Shown piece by piece: positions 35,747 through 50,859 of a DNA stretch of 64,000 nt (within the stretch, counting starts at the first letter, position 1; the number at the start of each line of letters is the position of its first letter). Source of the stretch: Dipteris shenzhenensis (lineage: Eukaryota). The stretch lies in the NCBI GenBank assembly GCA_047967505.1, contig CM106538.1; one strand, 5' to 3'. The position numbers and the translations under genes are program-made. Under the pieces are notes generated by a model. The model had not been told where the DNA came from. It did not search any database and saw nothing but the letters and a program-made list of their open reading frames with translations.

Positions 35747-36534
35747 CCACCTTTGCCCTAGTAGGATATAACACACTAGGTGAGACAATAGGTCATCACC
35801 TAGTGTGATGACCTACTGTATACCTGAAGAGAATAAGAAGTATTAAGAAGTGCAATTTAAAGTAGTGGAAATGGAAGAGAAGTAGTTGAGTGAGGTAGGT
35901 GAATAGTATGGAAGCAAAGAGGCAAACCAAGTTAGACTAGGGAGTCAAAAAGCCAAATAACGACCTTGATGACTTAAAGATCCTATGTGAAACCATCCAA
36001 AGTTGCAGGGGAAAGCATGTGTGTGTAGTAGAAATTTACAACACCCCTTTCCATAGTGAAGAGTAGACAAATTTGGAGTAGGAAAGAGAAATGTTTAATA
36101 GATAAACTTTGCAATAAACATCACAAAAAATGAAGTAGCATAATTAAAGGATGAACATTCTTTTCTAAAAGAGAAAATGTGAGCAGTGAAGCTTAGATAA
36201 GTCGTTGGCAGCATCACTTTTATTGAAGAGGGGAGTCTGCCTACCTACCACCATCCAACAAGAAAAATGATAAGAGCCATATTTTAACTTAGTTAGGAAG
36301 ACAAGTGTCATAGACACCCTTCCCTTATTATCGAGATCACAATAAAAAATAGTTGCACACGCTTAAGACTTATAAAGCAAATTTTTGACATTGCACTTTT
36401 GAGCGTAATGAAAAGTTGGGGTGTAGATAGTAGGTAGAAAGGATTAATGTATGTAGGTGTCAGAGATGCAGAAGGGGAGAATTTGATAGGGTAAACTTAT
36501 GCAACATTTTGGAAAGAATTTGTAAAAAAGTTGG

Positions 36535-37875
36535 AAGTTGCAAAGGTCTTAATATGTGTAAGATACATGTGCTTGCAAAGTTTCTCGTAATTTTTTTTGT
36601 GCACCATGCGAAAGTGCTCCAAAAAATATGCATTGTTGTACTTATACCATCATGTGTATGTGTGTATAGTACTTTGCAAAGGTCTTAATATGTGTAAGAT
36701 ACATGTGCTTGCAAAGTTTTGGGTGATTCAAATATCATTTGGGAGGTAAGGCATGCATAATTTCTAGTCTTTTTAATCATGCACAGTGCTTAAGTGCTCC
36801 AAAAAATTTGTGTTGCTACATTTCTACCATCATATGCTTGTGTGTGATGGGTACAATAATTTGTACTAACCTTAATATGAGTAATTTCCATGAGCTCATA
36901 AATTTTATCATTTTTGTGGTAAGATATATGTATTTCTGTGTTTTTTTATCATGCACCATGCTTAAGTCCTCTAAAAAATATGCAATATTGTTGTACTTCT
37001 ACCATCATGTGTATATATCCGATGGATACTATTCTTTGCAAAGGTCTTAATATGAGTAAGATTCATGTTCTTACAAAGTTTAGTATGATTAAGATATCGT
37101 TTGTAAGGTAATACATGCATCCTTTCTAGTTTTTTAATCGTGCACCATGCGTAAGTGCTCCAAAAATTTGGTGTTGTTGTAGTTCTACCATCACGTGTAT
37201 GTGTCTAATGGAAAAGATAGTTTGCACTGACCTTAATATGAGTAATATCCATGATCTCATATTTTTTTTGGTTATTCAGATATCATCTATATGATAAGAT
37301 ATGCACATTTCCATGTTTTTTAATCATGCACCATGCATAAGTGCTTCAAAAAATATGAATTGTTGTACTTCTACCATCATGTGTATGTGTCCAATGGGTA
37401 TCATAATTTGTAGAGGTCTCAATATGAGTACTATCCATGTACTTCCAAAGTCTATTGTGATTTGGATATCATTTTTTAGGTAAGACATGCATAGTTTCTA
37501 GTTTTTTTATCATTCACCATGTGTAAGTACTCCAAAGAATATGCATTGTCGTGCATCTACCATCATGTGTATATGTCTAATGGGAACAATTATTTGTAGA
37601 GTTTTTAATATGTGTAATATCCATGTGCTCACAAAGTTTGATGTGATTCAGATATTATTTGTGAGGTAAGAGATGCATAGTTTCTAGTTTTTAAATCATG
37701 TACGATGCACAAGTGCTCAAAAAAATGTGTGTCATTATACTTCTGCCATCATGTGTATGTATCCAATGGGTACAATCCTCGTACGATACTATATACTGGC
37801 CTTAATATAAATAAGATCCATGAGATTGAAATTTTGTGTGTGATTTGGATATCATTTGTATCATAAAATATGCAT
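36535..37875. repeat. About 185-bp tandem repeat, duplicate of 5610-6950
   Basis: Same units in the same order. Confidence 0.9.
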
Positions 37876-40079
37876 ATTGGGTCATTGGTTGCTTGGGTGT
37901 AGCCATTTTTTGTGAGGTTTAGGGAATTTTTTAGATATAGGTATCTTGCATGACCCATAACTTATGCTCAACGGAAGTTGACAAACTTTGTCTCCAAGTT
38001 GTAGTACACATTCCAAACTTGAACATGAAACCAAAAAATTATGGAATAACAATTTAAAATGAGACCGTTAAAGCATTACCAATGCTCTGTTGCATGTGAA
38101 TCATGCATCGTGAAGACCACAGGATATAGCAATTTATTTAAAAACATCAAAATTTTGTTATGTATATACATGCAACCAAGTAATCATTCAAAAGTACACT
38201 ACATGAGCTTCTTGTTCGTCGACCCAAGGACACACCTAAATGAGAACATTAGGCATGGATTAATGGGCCTCCAATGTTGTGCTAAAGTGATGCACACCCA
38301 TTTTGAGGGCACGCTCCATAACATTTTTTTTAATTTGTTGAAAACCATAACAAATTGAAATTTTGGAATCTAAACTAGTGAAACTACTGCATGGGGGTCT
38401 TAAAACATTGATAGTTATTGGTATTGGTATCTAGATTCACCCTAAAATGGAAGAAGTTGAAAATGTGTAATTTGTGCATGTGCAAAGATCTTTTAATAAA
38501 TCCAACACTATTTATAATTTTAAATTATTTATTTTTCCATGCACTTGCTTGCTATATGGCTCATAAGCATGCCAAAGGTCATTGCATTTCATAATACATA
38601 GCATCAAACCCGATAGCATGCCCTTTGGGAGCCCTTTGGACTATTTGTGTTTTGAAGCATTTGAGGCCACATTGCTTTTGTTTGGGATATTATCCAATTC
38701 TATTGACGTGTATTGTCGGAGGGGTGAAACCGATGGCTAAAAATTTTGCTACTCCCACAAATTTTAAATTTTCATACCTCCCCTGGGCAGATTAAGTACT
38801 TGCAACCTGCCCCTACCCGCAACCCGCACGAGCCTCAATGTGACCTTGTGCCATCTTTGGTTTGGCATTGTCATGTTCTGAGTAAGTTGTCTTCTATTTT
38901 TTGCTTGCCTCACAAGCTAGCTTCTCTCTGTTTTGGTTTAGCATTGTCATCTTTCATTGATCATTTCCATGGCACCGTGCAGCTCACCATGGCTTGCAAG
39001 AGAAGAAGACAGAGGCACTAATATAGGAAAGATGAAAAGCTTAGTCAAGGCACAAGGACAGATTGTGGGTCGAGGAAAGAAACGGCACGGTATCAGAACA
39101 ACAACAGAAGACAAGTTTTGCAACGCTTGCAAAGGGAGAAACAACGAGAAGAAATAAGATTCCTTACAGCGCAGCAACAGGAAGCGGTTATAGATGCATG
39201 CATTCAATCATTGACATTAGAGCAAAGAACACAAGTTGTGAAGCAATAGCCATTCAGGTGAATACCAATCTCGATTCTTCACAAGCTTTTGCTTGCACCC
39301 TAAAGTTTGTAGAGTGACAACCCTACCAATACGTCAGGAGATGCACATAGAGCAGAAGCAATGCCCAATCATCCCGATCCGAGTAGTCAACAAAATGCAA
39401 GAAAAGGAGAGACAACCTAAGTGCAAAAGTCATTACAATAGTGATGATGTTTTGGCATTTATCCAAATAACAAGGACATCTATAGAAAGTAGACGGGATG
39501 CAAGATGCTTGACAAGCACATCATACACGTGCTTCATATAATGTAGGTCAGTGATTGCCTAAAACATCCTGGTGGTTGTTTGTGATTGAGCTTTGGGATA
39601 GTTTACTTGTTTCATTTCTTGATACAACACAGGTCAGTGGTTGCCTAGACTAGCCTGGTGGCTGTTTGTGATTGAGCTTTGGGATAGTTTACTAGGCTGG
39701 CTTGGACATAATGTGATTGTCCTAAACTAGCCCGATGGTTGGAATATCATGCAACCGTGGTGGTTGGTTCAACTCAAACACTAGAACCAGGATGGCTTGG
39801 ACTTAATGTGATTGTCCTAAACTAGCCAGATGGTTGGAACATCATGCAACGATGGTTGGTTCAGCTCAAACACTAGCTATGTGATTGTCTTGAACCAGTG
39901 TGGTTGAACAAAAAGTAACAGCAATATATTTCATAATAGAACAGTAATATATTGTTATTTTACTAAACCAGCTCGGTGGTTGGTGAGAGCGGAAGTGAGA
40001 GAGGGAGAGCGAGAGGAGTGCACATGATATAACTACCTGTACACTAAGTGTATTGACAATGAACATGAAGACATACATG

Positions 40080-43000
40080 TGAACCCCTTAGGTTAAGGTT
40101 AGGGTTTGCCCCTATGCCCTATGTGGATAGTGCAATTTACACTATCTTGTTGGCACTTGGATAGCAAGGCTAGTTGCTTGTTGTAAGAATGGCTTTTGTT
40201 CTTGTATGGCACCAAGATGGGGCTGCTATGCTACCTCAAACAGTGCCTTTCCTCCTTTATTGTGCTGTGTTTTCTTCCTAGAGCTTTTGTGGCTTCATGA
40301 CTAAGAAGGAACAAAACCCTGTTTGGTGCATATGATAGCATCCAAAAACTGGAAAGAAATCACTGTACTATGTGCGTATGTGAGTGCACTGACTACATAG
40401 TGGAAGCATGTACAATGAGTACAACTTATGAGGTCATGCACAAGATGTGCATTTTCCCCTCTTAAGTTGTGGGTCATCCTTCGCCTTTGGGAACGAAACC
40501 CAAAAAATAGGGCAAAGGGAAGAGAAAGGAAATATGCAGAAAGTAAAGTCCTTTTGGATCAAATACTAGTCAATCAAAAGATGACTGCGTGAAGAACGAT
40601 GTGTATGGCTACGTGTTGAACATGTCAAAGATGAGCATGTCATAAGTCATCATGGACTGTGCAGCTACCCTGAAGAGGCATCCGGATGTGAATCTAGTCA
40701 ATGTAGGCATGAAGACATGATCTGGTAGGTTGTGACATACGAGGGTGTCACCAACCCAAAAGAACTGACAGCAATGTGCGAGGTATGCTGGAGTAATGTA
40801 ATCTCTATCGAATGATGCGGGGTCAAAGAAGACCGCATAGTCGATGTGGACAGAGTGATCTAGGGGCTGAAAATCTAGGGCCAAAGGTGCATGTATGTAC
40901 ATTGCTCTACTGAAGAAGAGGCTCATACACATGACAAGGTATAGCAACCTATCAAACCTGTGTGCTCAACTTTCATGAGTTGAAGGTCGTCTTTTGTTTA
41001 CATGGATAAACATCCATTGGCATAGGATGTAGCATCTATCGTAGGCTCATAAAGAAGGAGCTGACAGTGTAAAGGCCTAGAAGCCTGAAATATCACTAAG
41101 AAAGCATAAGATATCCCTGAAGCATTTGAAGTGCCTAATGCTGATGAAGGGACCAATTTGAAGTCATGGATCCAACCACTGAGCTACATGAAGTAAGGCT
41201 ATATACTACAACCATAAGTGCATGATGAAACAATGAGTCTCCCCAGGTTGCGCTATAACTGGATCCAAGGGTGGTGCAATGCGGTATGTCTGAGCCAATG
41301 CTGGAATGTTCTAAAGGCCGATGTGCTAATCTGAAATGCTGGAAGGAAATGTGTCCAAGGTATGCTCTATGTTAAAGGTGAAAGCATCAGTGATGGATGC
41401 TGGAATGGTATCACCTGAAGAGCTGGATGCATTGTGGCATGTATCTCTGCATGTGGTTGGAGATGTGTGTGCCTCGTACTGAAGACTTACCAGCTGAATA
41501 ACTACATGATTATTAGTGAACTCCTGCTGAGTATCTACATCTGTGGCAAGAGATGGAGTCGAATCCATGCATGAGAGTGATGGCTGTGCATCACAAGAAT
41601 TAGTCTAAGCTGATGTCGATGGGACTACCTCGTATTGAGGACTGACTGTCGAATATGCCTTGTGATGAGGGCTTACTGCCGAATGTGCCTCATACTGAGG
41701 GCTTACCGAGGAATGTGCATTATCAGAAACTCCATGCAGATAAGTCCATGCTGGAGGCGGTCTGGTGCTCTGCACAAGAGGCTTACCCGTGTACCGACGA
41801 GAGTGTCTACCCATGAGAACACTACTGTGTGAGAGCTACCATTAGGGGGCTTACGCTAGACTATCAAAACCAAGCCATGTGAGAACTGCAATATGCCAAG
41901 GATCAAGCCTGTAATTGAATGATGACAACTGTGTGTCAAGATAACCAAGAGGCTGTACAAGGCTGATGTGTATGTGTGTGAACCAATGCCAAAAATAGTC
42001 AACAAATGTGACTTTACATGGGTGGCATTTGAGTGCAAGCTGTGTGCAACAATCCTGAATCCGAGAAGGATCTCTTCCAAGGGTCACACTGAGTGCTAAA
42101 CTACTGAATGCCAAGAGAATTGAACTGGTGTCAATGTGTGAATGTGTATACCAGTGATAGATCCAATGGGACTAACGTCGATGGGAACTAATCGGGTAAT
42201 GTGGTAATGGTGGCTGACTTGGCTTGGTGGAGTTGGATCTCCTTTGTGGTGATGATATTCTATAGCTAGACTACACGTCGAATCACAAAATCCAACAAAT
42301 GAATCTTATCTGGATTCATTTTAAGTGCTGGGTGCGTTGCAAAGGATTAGGAGGTGGTCTGATGATGAGGTTTCAATGACTCTAACATATGGAAATGTTA
42401 GATAGAATATTTGAGATACTCAACGTGTAGAGCATGATCTAGCGATCCTTTTTTCTTTTTACAACTCTGTGAAATTCCTTCTAGATCAAAAGATATGGCC
42501 CCTAGAAGGATAGGCCAAACTTTGATCCCAAGAAGGCCCAAAAATGATGATATGGCCTATTGTGAGGTGGCAAGCTGAGATCACATGCTAAATGCAAAGT
42601 ATGCCTGAGGCACTATGTGCTGAGGTGGCACATGGTGACATGGCACTGCTGATGATTGGGTAGGCTGATTGCGTTGTTGATTGACTGGGCACTGCCGCGT
42701 GTCAAGTGACTTGGCAGGCTGACTGGGTAGATGAGGTGGCATTGCCATGTGGACATGCTGAAGTGGCAATATGACTGGATGGTCAGTGATGATGTGGCAT
42801 GCCACTGTGGTACTGCTGACATGGCATTGGTGATGTGGACACTGCACTAATTGTGACGACATGGTAGACAATTGTGTCTGTTGACGTGGCCCGATGCGAT
42901 TGCCATTTGGCCGTTTGTCCACCAAGCTATGTGGCTACCCCTTTGCTGCTACATGTGAGTGTTAGGATCACTGGAATCTGGAAAGATTTTGTTGGGATCC

Positions 43001-43800
43001 TAAGATTATGTTGACAGAGAAGAACTAGAGGGGAGGGAGAAGGCAATGGTCGTGGAGACCTTACCCTTGCATAGCCACTGCAGATGTTGAAAGAAATCGA
43101 TGGCACTACAAGTCGTGTGGGAGGCAGCGCGCTATTGGAGTCGACTGATGGTTTCCTTGCGTTGGAGATGTTGAGTGTCATGCAATAGAGCTTCTTTTTG
43201 GTCGACTGCTCTATGGAAGTGCTACTTGAAGGTCGTTGAGGCACGTTAGATTTCTTGCATGCGCTTAGTCGACTGTTCTTTTGGAGGCTGCTTTGTTGCT
43301 AGAGCTTGTGTTGAAGAGCTGAGCCAGCTGAGTATCGAGGCGGCTTGGAAAGCCAAGCTGCTTGATAGATGTTCGTGCAAGTACTAGTAGTTGGCACCAC
43401 TCGCGTTTGAGCATTGGAGCCTTGCTTTGATGCCTAGATCTAGCACGTTCGAGGCTTTGTTTAGCATCGTGCATGCTTGTCGTCAAAACATGGCCTTGCT
43501 ATCTTGACAGATTAGATGTAGCATGGAGACAATGCACTCGTGATGGACAGCTCGTGGCTCATTGCACCTCATTGTGCGTTGGAGATGGACTATAGGTGTG
43601 GCTCGTTGGAGCTAGAGGATCAGCATTCGGTCAGGATGAAGACCTCCCATCAGTTGAGCATGTGATTTGGAGAGGCTGCTGGTCCTTGTAGTGCTCATTG
43701 GTAAAGGCAAAGCTGACTGGAGGAGCTATTCAACCTATAGGTGGGTCGTTTGAGTTTCTCGTTGTGTTGCGGTTGCTACTCTGGGCGTGTCTACTACTAC
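40080..43800 (-). mobile_element. Highly degenerate, probably non-autonomous retroelement sequence
   Basis: Short decayed S/T/P/H-rich ORFs and a GTGGCA/TGCCAC-rich block at 42600-42920. No recognisable pol motifs. Confidence 0.3.
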
Positions 43801-44719
43801 AGACTCCTTTGAGGTCAACTAAGTTACTTTGAGTAGTCCCTTTGGATAAATACAAAGACAATTTACTACTTTTTTTTCAAAGAAGACAATTTACTACTTA
43901 ACTCAAGATCTATTGAAAGATGGCTATATTAGAGGGGTGGTCAGTCCCCTAAAAAGGTCCCAAAGATTCCAAGAGATCAAGTCTGAGATCTTTGAAGGAC
44001 TTTATATTTATGACAGGATTCCAAGACAAGGGCTCAACACTTTGAACAATGGGAGCCTTTAATAACATACTTCACAAATTGTGGGCTATTATAATATTGA
44101 GGGTCTTTCCACAGTTCCTCCTTCAATATGACCATCTTGTGAATGAAACTCTTAAGAACTCTATGTTCCTCCTCCAAGAGATCAATCTCATCTATGACAA
44201 TCTTAGGTTGCCGAGGGAGCCCTTGTGAAATGGCTTCATCAAGCTCAAGACAAGCGGCAAAAAAAATGTCATTGCTGTTGTGGCTTTCCATCTTTGTTCC
44301 TTTGCTGCTCCTTCACTCGAGACTTGTCGGGTTTTTATATTTAGTTTGCTATCCAAGCTATAATTGTTCACATATTCTAATCTTTCAAATCAAGCCGTCT
44401 TGACATGATCAACGATGTAATCCAACGAGATCTTTGCCACCTTTGAAGACCCATGTACCAATAGATTCCCCACACATTACATTGATGAATATGACAGGTT
44501 AGTTGTATGATAGTTAAGGCTAGAGGAGGTAAGAACTGGCTAGAGGAGGTAGGAACTGGTAAGGAAATGCATTTTCCTTGGTTTAGTATTAACTGCAACC
44601 CCCACAAAATATAATCTTTAGTAAATCCCAAACAACCATCGTGTTTGTTTCAATAAATCCCAAAGTAATTCCAAACAACGAAAAATGTAAATCCCAAACA
44701 ACCACCGCACTTGTTTTAG

Positions 44720-45205
44720 TGACAATGGCTGTGCATGAGGGACCATCTAATTCATAGGTTCATATTAGCATTGAGTCGGAATCAGACTATAATAACAATA
44801 ATTGTGCATGAGGGACCATGTAATTCTCAAGCTCAGATTAGCATTGAGCCGAAATCAGACTATAATAGCAATGACTTTGCATGGGGGACCATCTACTTCA
44901 CAAGATTAGATTAGCATTGAGTCAGATCATCAAACTATAATAACAATAGTTATCATTCTTATGACCAAGAACTATTGTTATTACAGCCTGATGAACCGAC
45001 TCAATGCTAATCTAATGTCATGTTTTGATCTTGCCTTTCTCCAAGGCAGTTGACTGTAATAACAATGACTTTGCATGAGGGACCATCTAAGTCACAGGCT
45101 TAGATTAGCATTGAGTCGGAATGAGACTATAATAACAATGACTTTGCATGAGGGACCATCTAATTTACACGCTCATATTAGCGTTAAGCTGGAGTTAGAT
45201 TATAA
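44720..45205. repeat. 73-bp tandem repeat with an embedded inverted copy
   Basis: GCATGAGGGACCATCT anchor at about 44733, 44806, 44879, 45073 and 45146. Inverted segment at about 44970-45017. Confidence 0.9.
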
Positions 45206-45250
45206 GAACATATCAGACTGTTAGATTTTTAGAATTTCTAGTTATAATGG

Positions 45251-45690
45251 CCATTGAATTATTATGACATTGGCCCCAATGATTGAGAAATTCTCTCATG
45301 GCAACCATCTAATCGCACGTCATGGCTAGACGATGATGTATATGACTGCCTACACTAGGCTAGGCTACCAGCAAGCTGGGTGCATGTGCCACCGCTTTTC
45401 CCCCCTCATCCCATTGAATTATTTTGATCTTGGCTCCGATGACCGAGAAATTCTCCCATGGCAACCATCTTATCCCATGTCATGACTAGAGGATGATGTA
45501 TATGACTGCCTATCTAGGCTGGGCTACAAACAAGCTAGGTGCATGTGCCACCACTTCTCCCCCCTCATCCCATTGAATTATTATGATCTTGTCTTCGATG
45601 ACCGAGAAATTCTCCCATTGAAACCATCTAATCGCATGTCATGGCTAGACGATGATGTATATGACCGCCTACACTAGGCCGAGCTACCAA
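45251..45690. repeat. About 160-bp tandem repeat (about 2.8 units)
   Basis: CCATTGAATTAT at 45251, 45411 and 45570. Confidence 0.9.
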
Positions 45691-47644
45691 CAAAATCCAA
45701 CAGGTGGATTTTGTGCTCTTAGCAGCGATAGGCACCCAGAGTCACACAAACTAACATAATAAACAAAGGGGAAAAGAGTGGAAGGGCGGAAAGTCTAAGG
45801 CCTTAAGGGCAGAGAAACAATTCACCGCACCCAGGAAAATCCCTCCCCTACCCCCTTCCATGCTCTCCAAGCCCCCTTCCACCCCTGTGACGAATCTTCT
45901 GCTACAACCTTAATGGCCCTTCATAATGCTCCCCAAGTCATGGGATCCATTTTTTCCCTTGGCTCTCCATCCTACAACACTCCACTAGCCATAGCCAAAC
46001 CAAGAGAGTTACAGGATGGGGAGCCAAGGGAAACGGATCTAAAGGAGGGGATTGTAGAATGGATTTAAGGTCTGTCACATTTGATCATGTTCTCAGCTAC
46101 TACAAATTTCTATCATCGTTGTTCCATAAAGCACTGGAAGAGATCTCAACTTGGTGGAGAGTCACTCATAGTCGAGCACAACCTTCGGCACTGAGGAAGG
46201 AGAACTCAACTTGGTGAGAGAATTAGTGTGCTAAAGCTCACCACCAGATTCAGTTCTCCTGCCCATTGTCAAAGGTTGTTCTCGATTTCAGGGAGCTCAC
46301 CACTAGGTTAAGCTCTCTCTCCAAGTGCCTTGAAGGAAGTTGTTGTAAAGAAGGTTATGTTCAATTACGAGGTGCTTGTATTGTGCCCTGCATAGAAGGA
46401 GTTCCGGGTCAAAAGTGTAAGAAAGTACTAACTATGAGGTACTTGTATTGTCCCTTGCATACGAGGCACCAGGTCAAAAGTGTAGTGGCTCTAAATAAGC
46501 ACAAATGGCATATTTCTTCCCTCATTTACATTTTATTGCACCATAGGGATCTTTGCACAATAAACTATTGAAATTTTTGTTATTACTATAGTGAAAATGG
46601 TTCACAAATGCCCTCATTCAGGATGTACTGCAACCGATGCAATTCTTGCACAAGCAATTATTGCAGAAGGAATAGAATTGCTCTAAAATAGGACTACATT
46701 TTCCTTAGCTTACAACCAAAATAGCAATAAAATAGCTCCAAGAACTAGTAGAACTTGTTGCACAAGGACTAGTAGGACTAAAATAGCTTCAAAATAGGAG
46801 TATATTTTCCTTGGTTTAGAACTGTAATAACTCCAATAACTAGCGTGGTGGTTGCAAGGAAACTATCATAAATTGCAAATTTCTACATTTTTCTTAGCTT
46901 GGAACTAAAATAGCTCCAAGAACCAATGCGGTGGTGGTTGAGAAATTGTTGCATAAGGACTAATAGGACTAAAATAGCTCCAAAATAAGACTATATTTTC
47001 CTTGGTTTAGAACTAAAATAGCTCCATCAACCAGCACGGTGGTTGCATATATGAAACTTGAGGGGTCTCCTTTAGGGATTGACATGCCATGGTGGTCTTC
47101 ATGCCAATGTGGTGGTCTCTCTATGCCAACATCATTGCTCGAACCAGCACGGTGGTCAACGTAACAAAAGATTGTGTTGCGCAGTGATAGATGGCAAAGC
47201 TATGCAATGAGAGGTGGCAAGGCAAAAGTCGAGTGATGTAGTCAGGACAACATGGTGGTCCATGCCAACATCATTGCTCGAACCAACACGGTGGTCAATG
47301 CAACAAAAGGTTATGTTGCGCAGTGATAGATGGCGAAGCTGCACAATGACAAGTGGTAAGGCAAAAGCTATGTGATGCAGTCAGGCTAGAGACTACGCTA
47401 TGCAAAGGAGGTCAGAGAACAGTCTCTATGCTCATGACTAAATGCATATAGTGCCATGTGTCGAGCTTTGCGCTATTGACAATGATAAGATTGTGTCCCG
47501 TTATTACGCCACTGCGGCAATCATGATGTCAAAAAAACTTCCGACGAGAGTACAAGTCCGCTCAAAATTCAAAATCTCACCCACTAACGCGTCGCTTCAT
47601 GGCCCCAAAAATAGTTCCACGATTGGCTAGAAAACATTGACCCT

Positions 47645-47958
47645 ATTTTCATGTTTTTTTAATCATGCACCATGCATAAGTGCTCCAAAAATATTTGTTG
47701 TTGTACTTTTACCATCATGTGTATGTTTTCGATGGGTACCACAATTTGCAAAGGTCTCAATATCATTAAGGACCATATGCTCACAAAGTTTGTTGTGATT
47801 TAGATATCATTTGTGAGGTACGACATGAATATTTTCTATTATTTTATCATGCACCATGTGTAAGTGCTCCCAAAAATATGCATTGTTGTACATCTACTAT
47901 CATGTATATATGTCCAATGGGTACCATACTTTGCAAAGGTCTTAATATGATTAAGATC
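47645..47958. repeat. Two further units of the 185-bp repeat family
   Basis: TTTTAATCATGCACCATGCATAAGTGCTCCAAAAA...ACCATCATGTGTATG, abutting the copia truncation. Confidence 0.85.
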
Positions 47959-49470
47959 TGTGATGTGCATGACCAAACCTGGCATGCTATAAATCACCTG
48001 GAGTAGAAGAAGAGACAGACGTAGCATGCTGATTATAAGGCTGAGCATCAAGCTTGTAAAGACCCATGCTAGCCTCATAAGAACCTGTAGCCACAATCTC
48101 ATTCCCTTTCTTTGGATCCTTGATCATGCATTGATCATCCTCGAATTCCACAAGCATGTGTTGATCATGGGCCATGGATGGAACTGAAACAATATTTTTT
48201 CTCAAATCAGAAACATACTAGACATCATGGATATACTTTTTCTTTCCTGAATCCAGAAGGATGGGAACATCTCCCACTCCTATGATATCCTGAGTTGCAT
48301 CATTAGCACAAGTAATCTATTTGCCATGAACAGGTTTGATCTCTTCAAACCACTCTTTCCTGTGAGTCATGTGCTTCGATGCACCACTATCTAGATACCA
48401 AGTATCTATGGCAGCAAATGAAGAATCCCAAGATGAAGCAAGAGAAGCATCATGTGCAACTAAATCTCCCTCGACACCAAAGTTGTCCTGAAATGCAGTA
48501 AACACATAATCCTTTCCCTCTTGTGCATAGTTTGCATGAGATGAAGCATTGGCATTTTCAACTGGTGCCACATAATTACTACTTGCGCCTTGCCTCTTTC
48601 TCTCATTGGCAATCCTTTCCTGGGATTTTACAATGTAATGACCAGGTTTCTTGCAATAATTGCATTTTTCTTTTTTCACCTTTGCACCTTTATATGCATT
48701 CCCTACATTGGTGTTTGCATTCCCCTCCTTCCTGGGCTGATAAGCATGGCTGGTCTTTTTCTGAAATTTACCCTTTCCATGAGTGGCAAGTGCTTGCTCA
48801 CTCAAACGGGCTGAATCAAAAGTCCGTATTTCTTCCTGTAAGACCAACCAACTCACTCCTCAAAACTGAGTGGAGGAACCATGAGCATAATAATCAAGGA
48901 AGTAACAAACATATCATATGAGGGTGCCAGACTATTGAGGGTGATAGAGACCAATTTCTTGTCTTCTATATCCTCATCAATAGCTGCGAGCTCATCCCGA
49001 ATATCAGTAATCTTTGCAATATGAGCTGAAATAGTTTGACCTTCCTACATGAGCAAGTCATTGAGGTTATAATTCAAAGCAATGCTTCTTAATTCATTCT
49101 TCACATTCCACATACTTTTCACTCTATCCTAATCTGCCTTTAAAGTCTTGCAAGACTTGATACAGTGGACTTAATGTGTGTCTTCACAGACAATGCAATC
49201 AAAGACAACGCTTGGACATCCCTACAATCAAATCTATTCCGATCCTCCGTGGGAGCGGTAGTAGAAGCTTGAGTGATAGTGCCAAAAGTGGATGATACAC
49301 TCGTTCTTGATCCAACAAGTCTAGCCTGATCACCATTCACAATGTCCCATAAGCCCTTTCCAACCAAGGTATTCTTGATTGTAAAGACCACAAAGCATAG
49401 TTAGGTCCATCCAACTTATCTACTTCAGTTATGGTACCAAAATGCTCATTGAGAGACATGATTTCAAGCT
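47959..49470 (-). mobile_element. Ty1/copia gag-protease fragment, truncated before the integrase core
   Basis: KLDGPNYALW, LVGKGLWDIVNG, ALSLIALSV, CNYCKKPGH, WYLDSGASKHMT, RKNIVSV, GLYKL, L*HARFGH, then an abrupt end. Confidence 0.92.
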
Positions 49471-50859
49471 CAAGAATAAAGGCAAGTGTACCTGCAAAGG
49501 AAACGACAGCAAATGGACAACTGAAAGAACACTGACTGCTATGCAATCACTGCAATGGCATTCACTGACAGCGGCTGCTCCGAAATAGCAGTAACTTTGT
49601 CCCCAAAATTTTGTTCAAACCTCAATCCCTTCTGGGATACAATATGCAATCAAGCACTATATTTTCGCTCCAAAAAAGTTATCCTCAACCACAGGCAAAC
49701 ATTGGCTCAAATTCAATGTGCTTCTATCCCAAATAATCAGCCTGTATCCCAACCAAACAATGGCTCAGAATGCAAAAGCAAACTCTTGCTCAACAGGCAT
49801 CCAAAAGTGCATCAACTTACAGCCAACACTTGAATTCATATATGCACAACACCTAAGCAATGATTTATACTCAATGTGTAGCCAAAAACAAGTCCCAAAT
49901 GCACTTATACTTGTGCAATGCAATCTGCAAGATACATGCACAATGCTATCTGCAAGAACCAACTGGGAGAGACTAAAAATGAGCTAAAGTAAGGATCTCG
50001 AGCAAAAGTCGAACCACCAAGTCGAATCCAGATCCAGAGATGCAAGTGGTGATCTAGAGAGGCAACGAGCAAGCGGGCAAGTCAAATGGAGAGGTGGAGA
50101 GACGAGGTGTACGAAAATCAGTAAAATCAGCAAACGTACTGATATTGCTGGTATGTTGCTCAGAACAAAATTCTAATGGCACGAACAGCTCCGAAAGAGG
50201 GATAAAGCCCTAGTACAACCAATACAACTGGTCAAAACTTTCGGGCTGCTTGACGCAGCTATACAACTTTCGGTAATTGAAATTGCCTGAAAAAACTATG
50301 CGCGCAACGCAAAGCGAAGTCGCCCAGCTGAGGAATGCTTCCTTTTGGAAATCTCGTAGCAAAACTGAATATCAAGATCACGCGAAGCTCGTGGGAGCTT
50401 AGGACAACCAAAAGAGAAGTTGACCAGCAAGAACTAACTCCTCCATTGCGACAGAAGTGCAACACGAGCACGCGGGAGAGCGAGGAAGCAAGTGACAAGA
50501 CAAGAAAAAGTAGCTCTCATACCACATGTAGGAACAAGAATAGAGAAGAGTTGTGAACATAAGAGAACAAGAAGTGAGCACAAGTGAACTCCAACTAAAC
50601 TGTTCAAATGAAGCAATACAAGTACTTGGTATATATAGTTACCCAAGTAATGGTCAACCATATAGTTGACTTATGGCCTGCCATTACCAAAGCAATTAAA
50701 AAGTACCTTTTAGCGTACTTCGTGTTTGCATTTGAAAAGAAGTCAGTACAAGAAGCATCTGAAAAGAAGTCAGTAGAAGAAAAGTCTCATTTCTCTTAGT
50801 TAGAAAAGCAGCGGACAAATTTTCTTTTTTAGTTTAAAGAGTGTTTTTATGACTCAGTT

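Larger units (their letters stand above)
32070..41127 (+). repeat. Segmental duplication copy B (more complete)
   Basis: Colinear with 3379-8905. Retains the blocks deleted in copy A. Confidence 0.95.

Noticed and set aside
35537-35788. ORFs rich in HT/CV/RE (also 30394-30705, 1094-1318, 63087-63407)
   Set aside because: Translations of microsatellites or low-complexity DNA.
44720-45690. CRISPR-like appearance of the repeat arrays
   Set aside because: Whole units repeat without unique spacers, the context is eukaryotic, and there are no cas genes.
45691-45715. Perfect hairpin ACAAAATCCA-N5-TGGATTTTGT as a Helitron 3' end
   Set aside because: AT-rich stem and no CTRR terminus at the expected distance.
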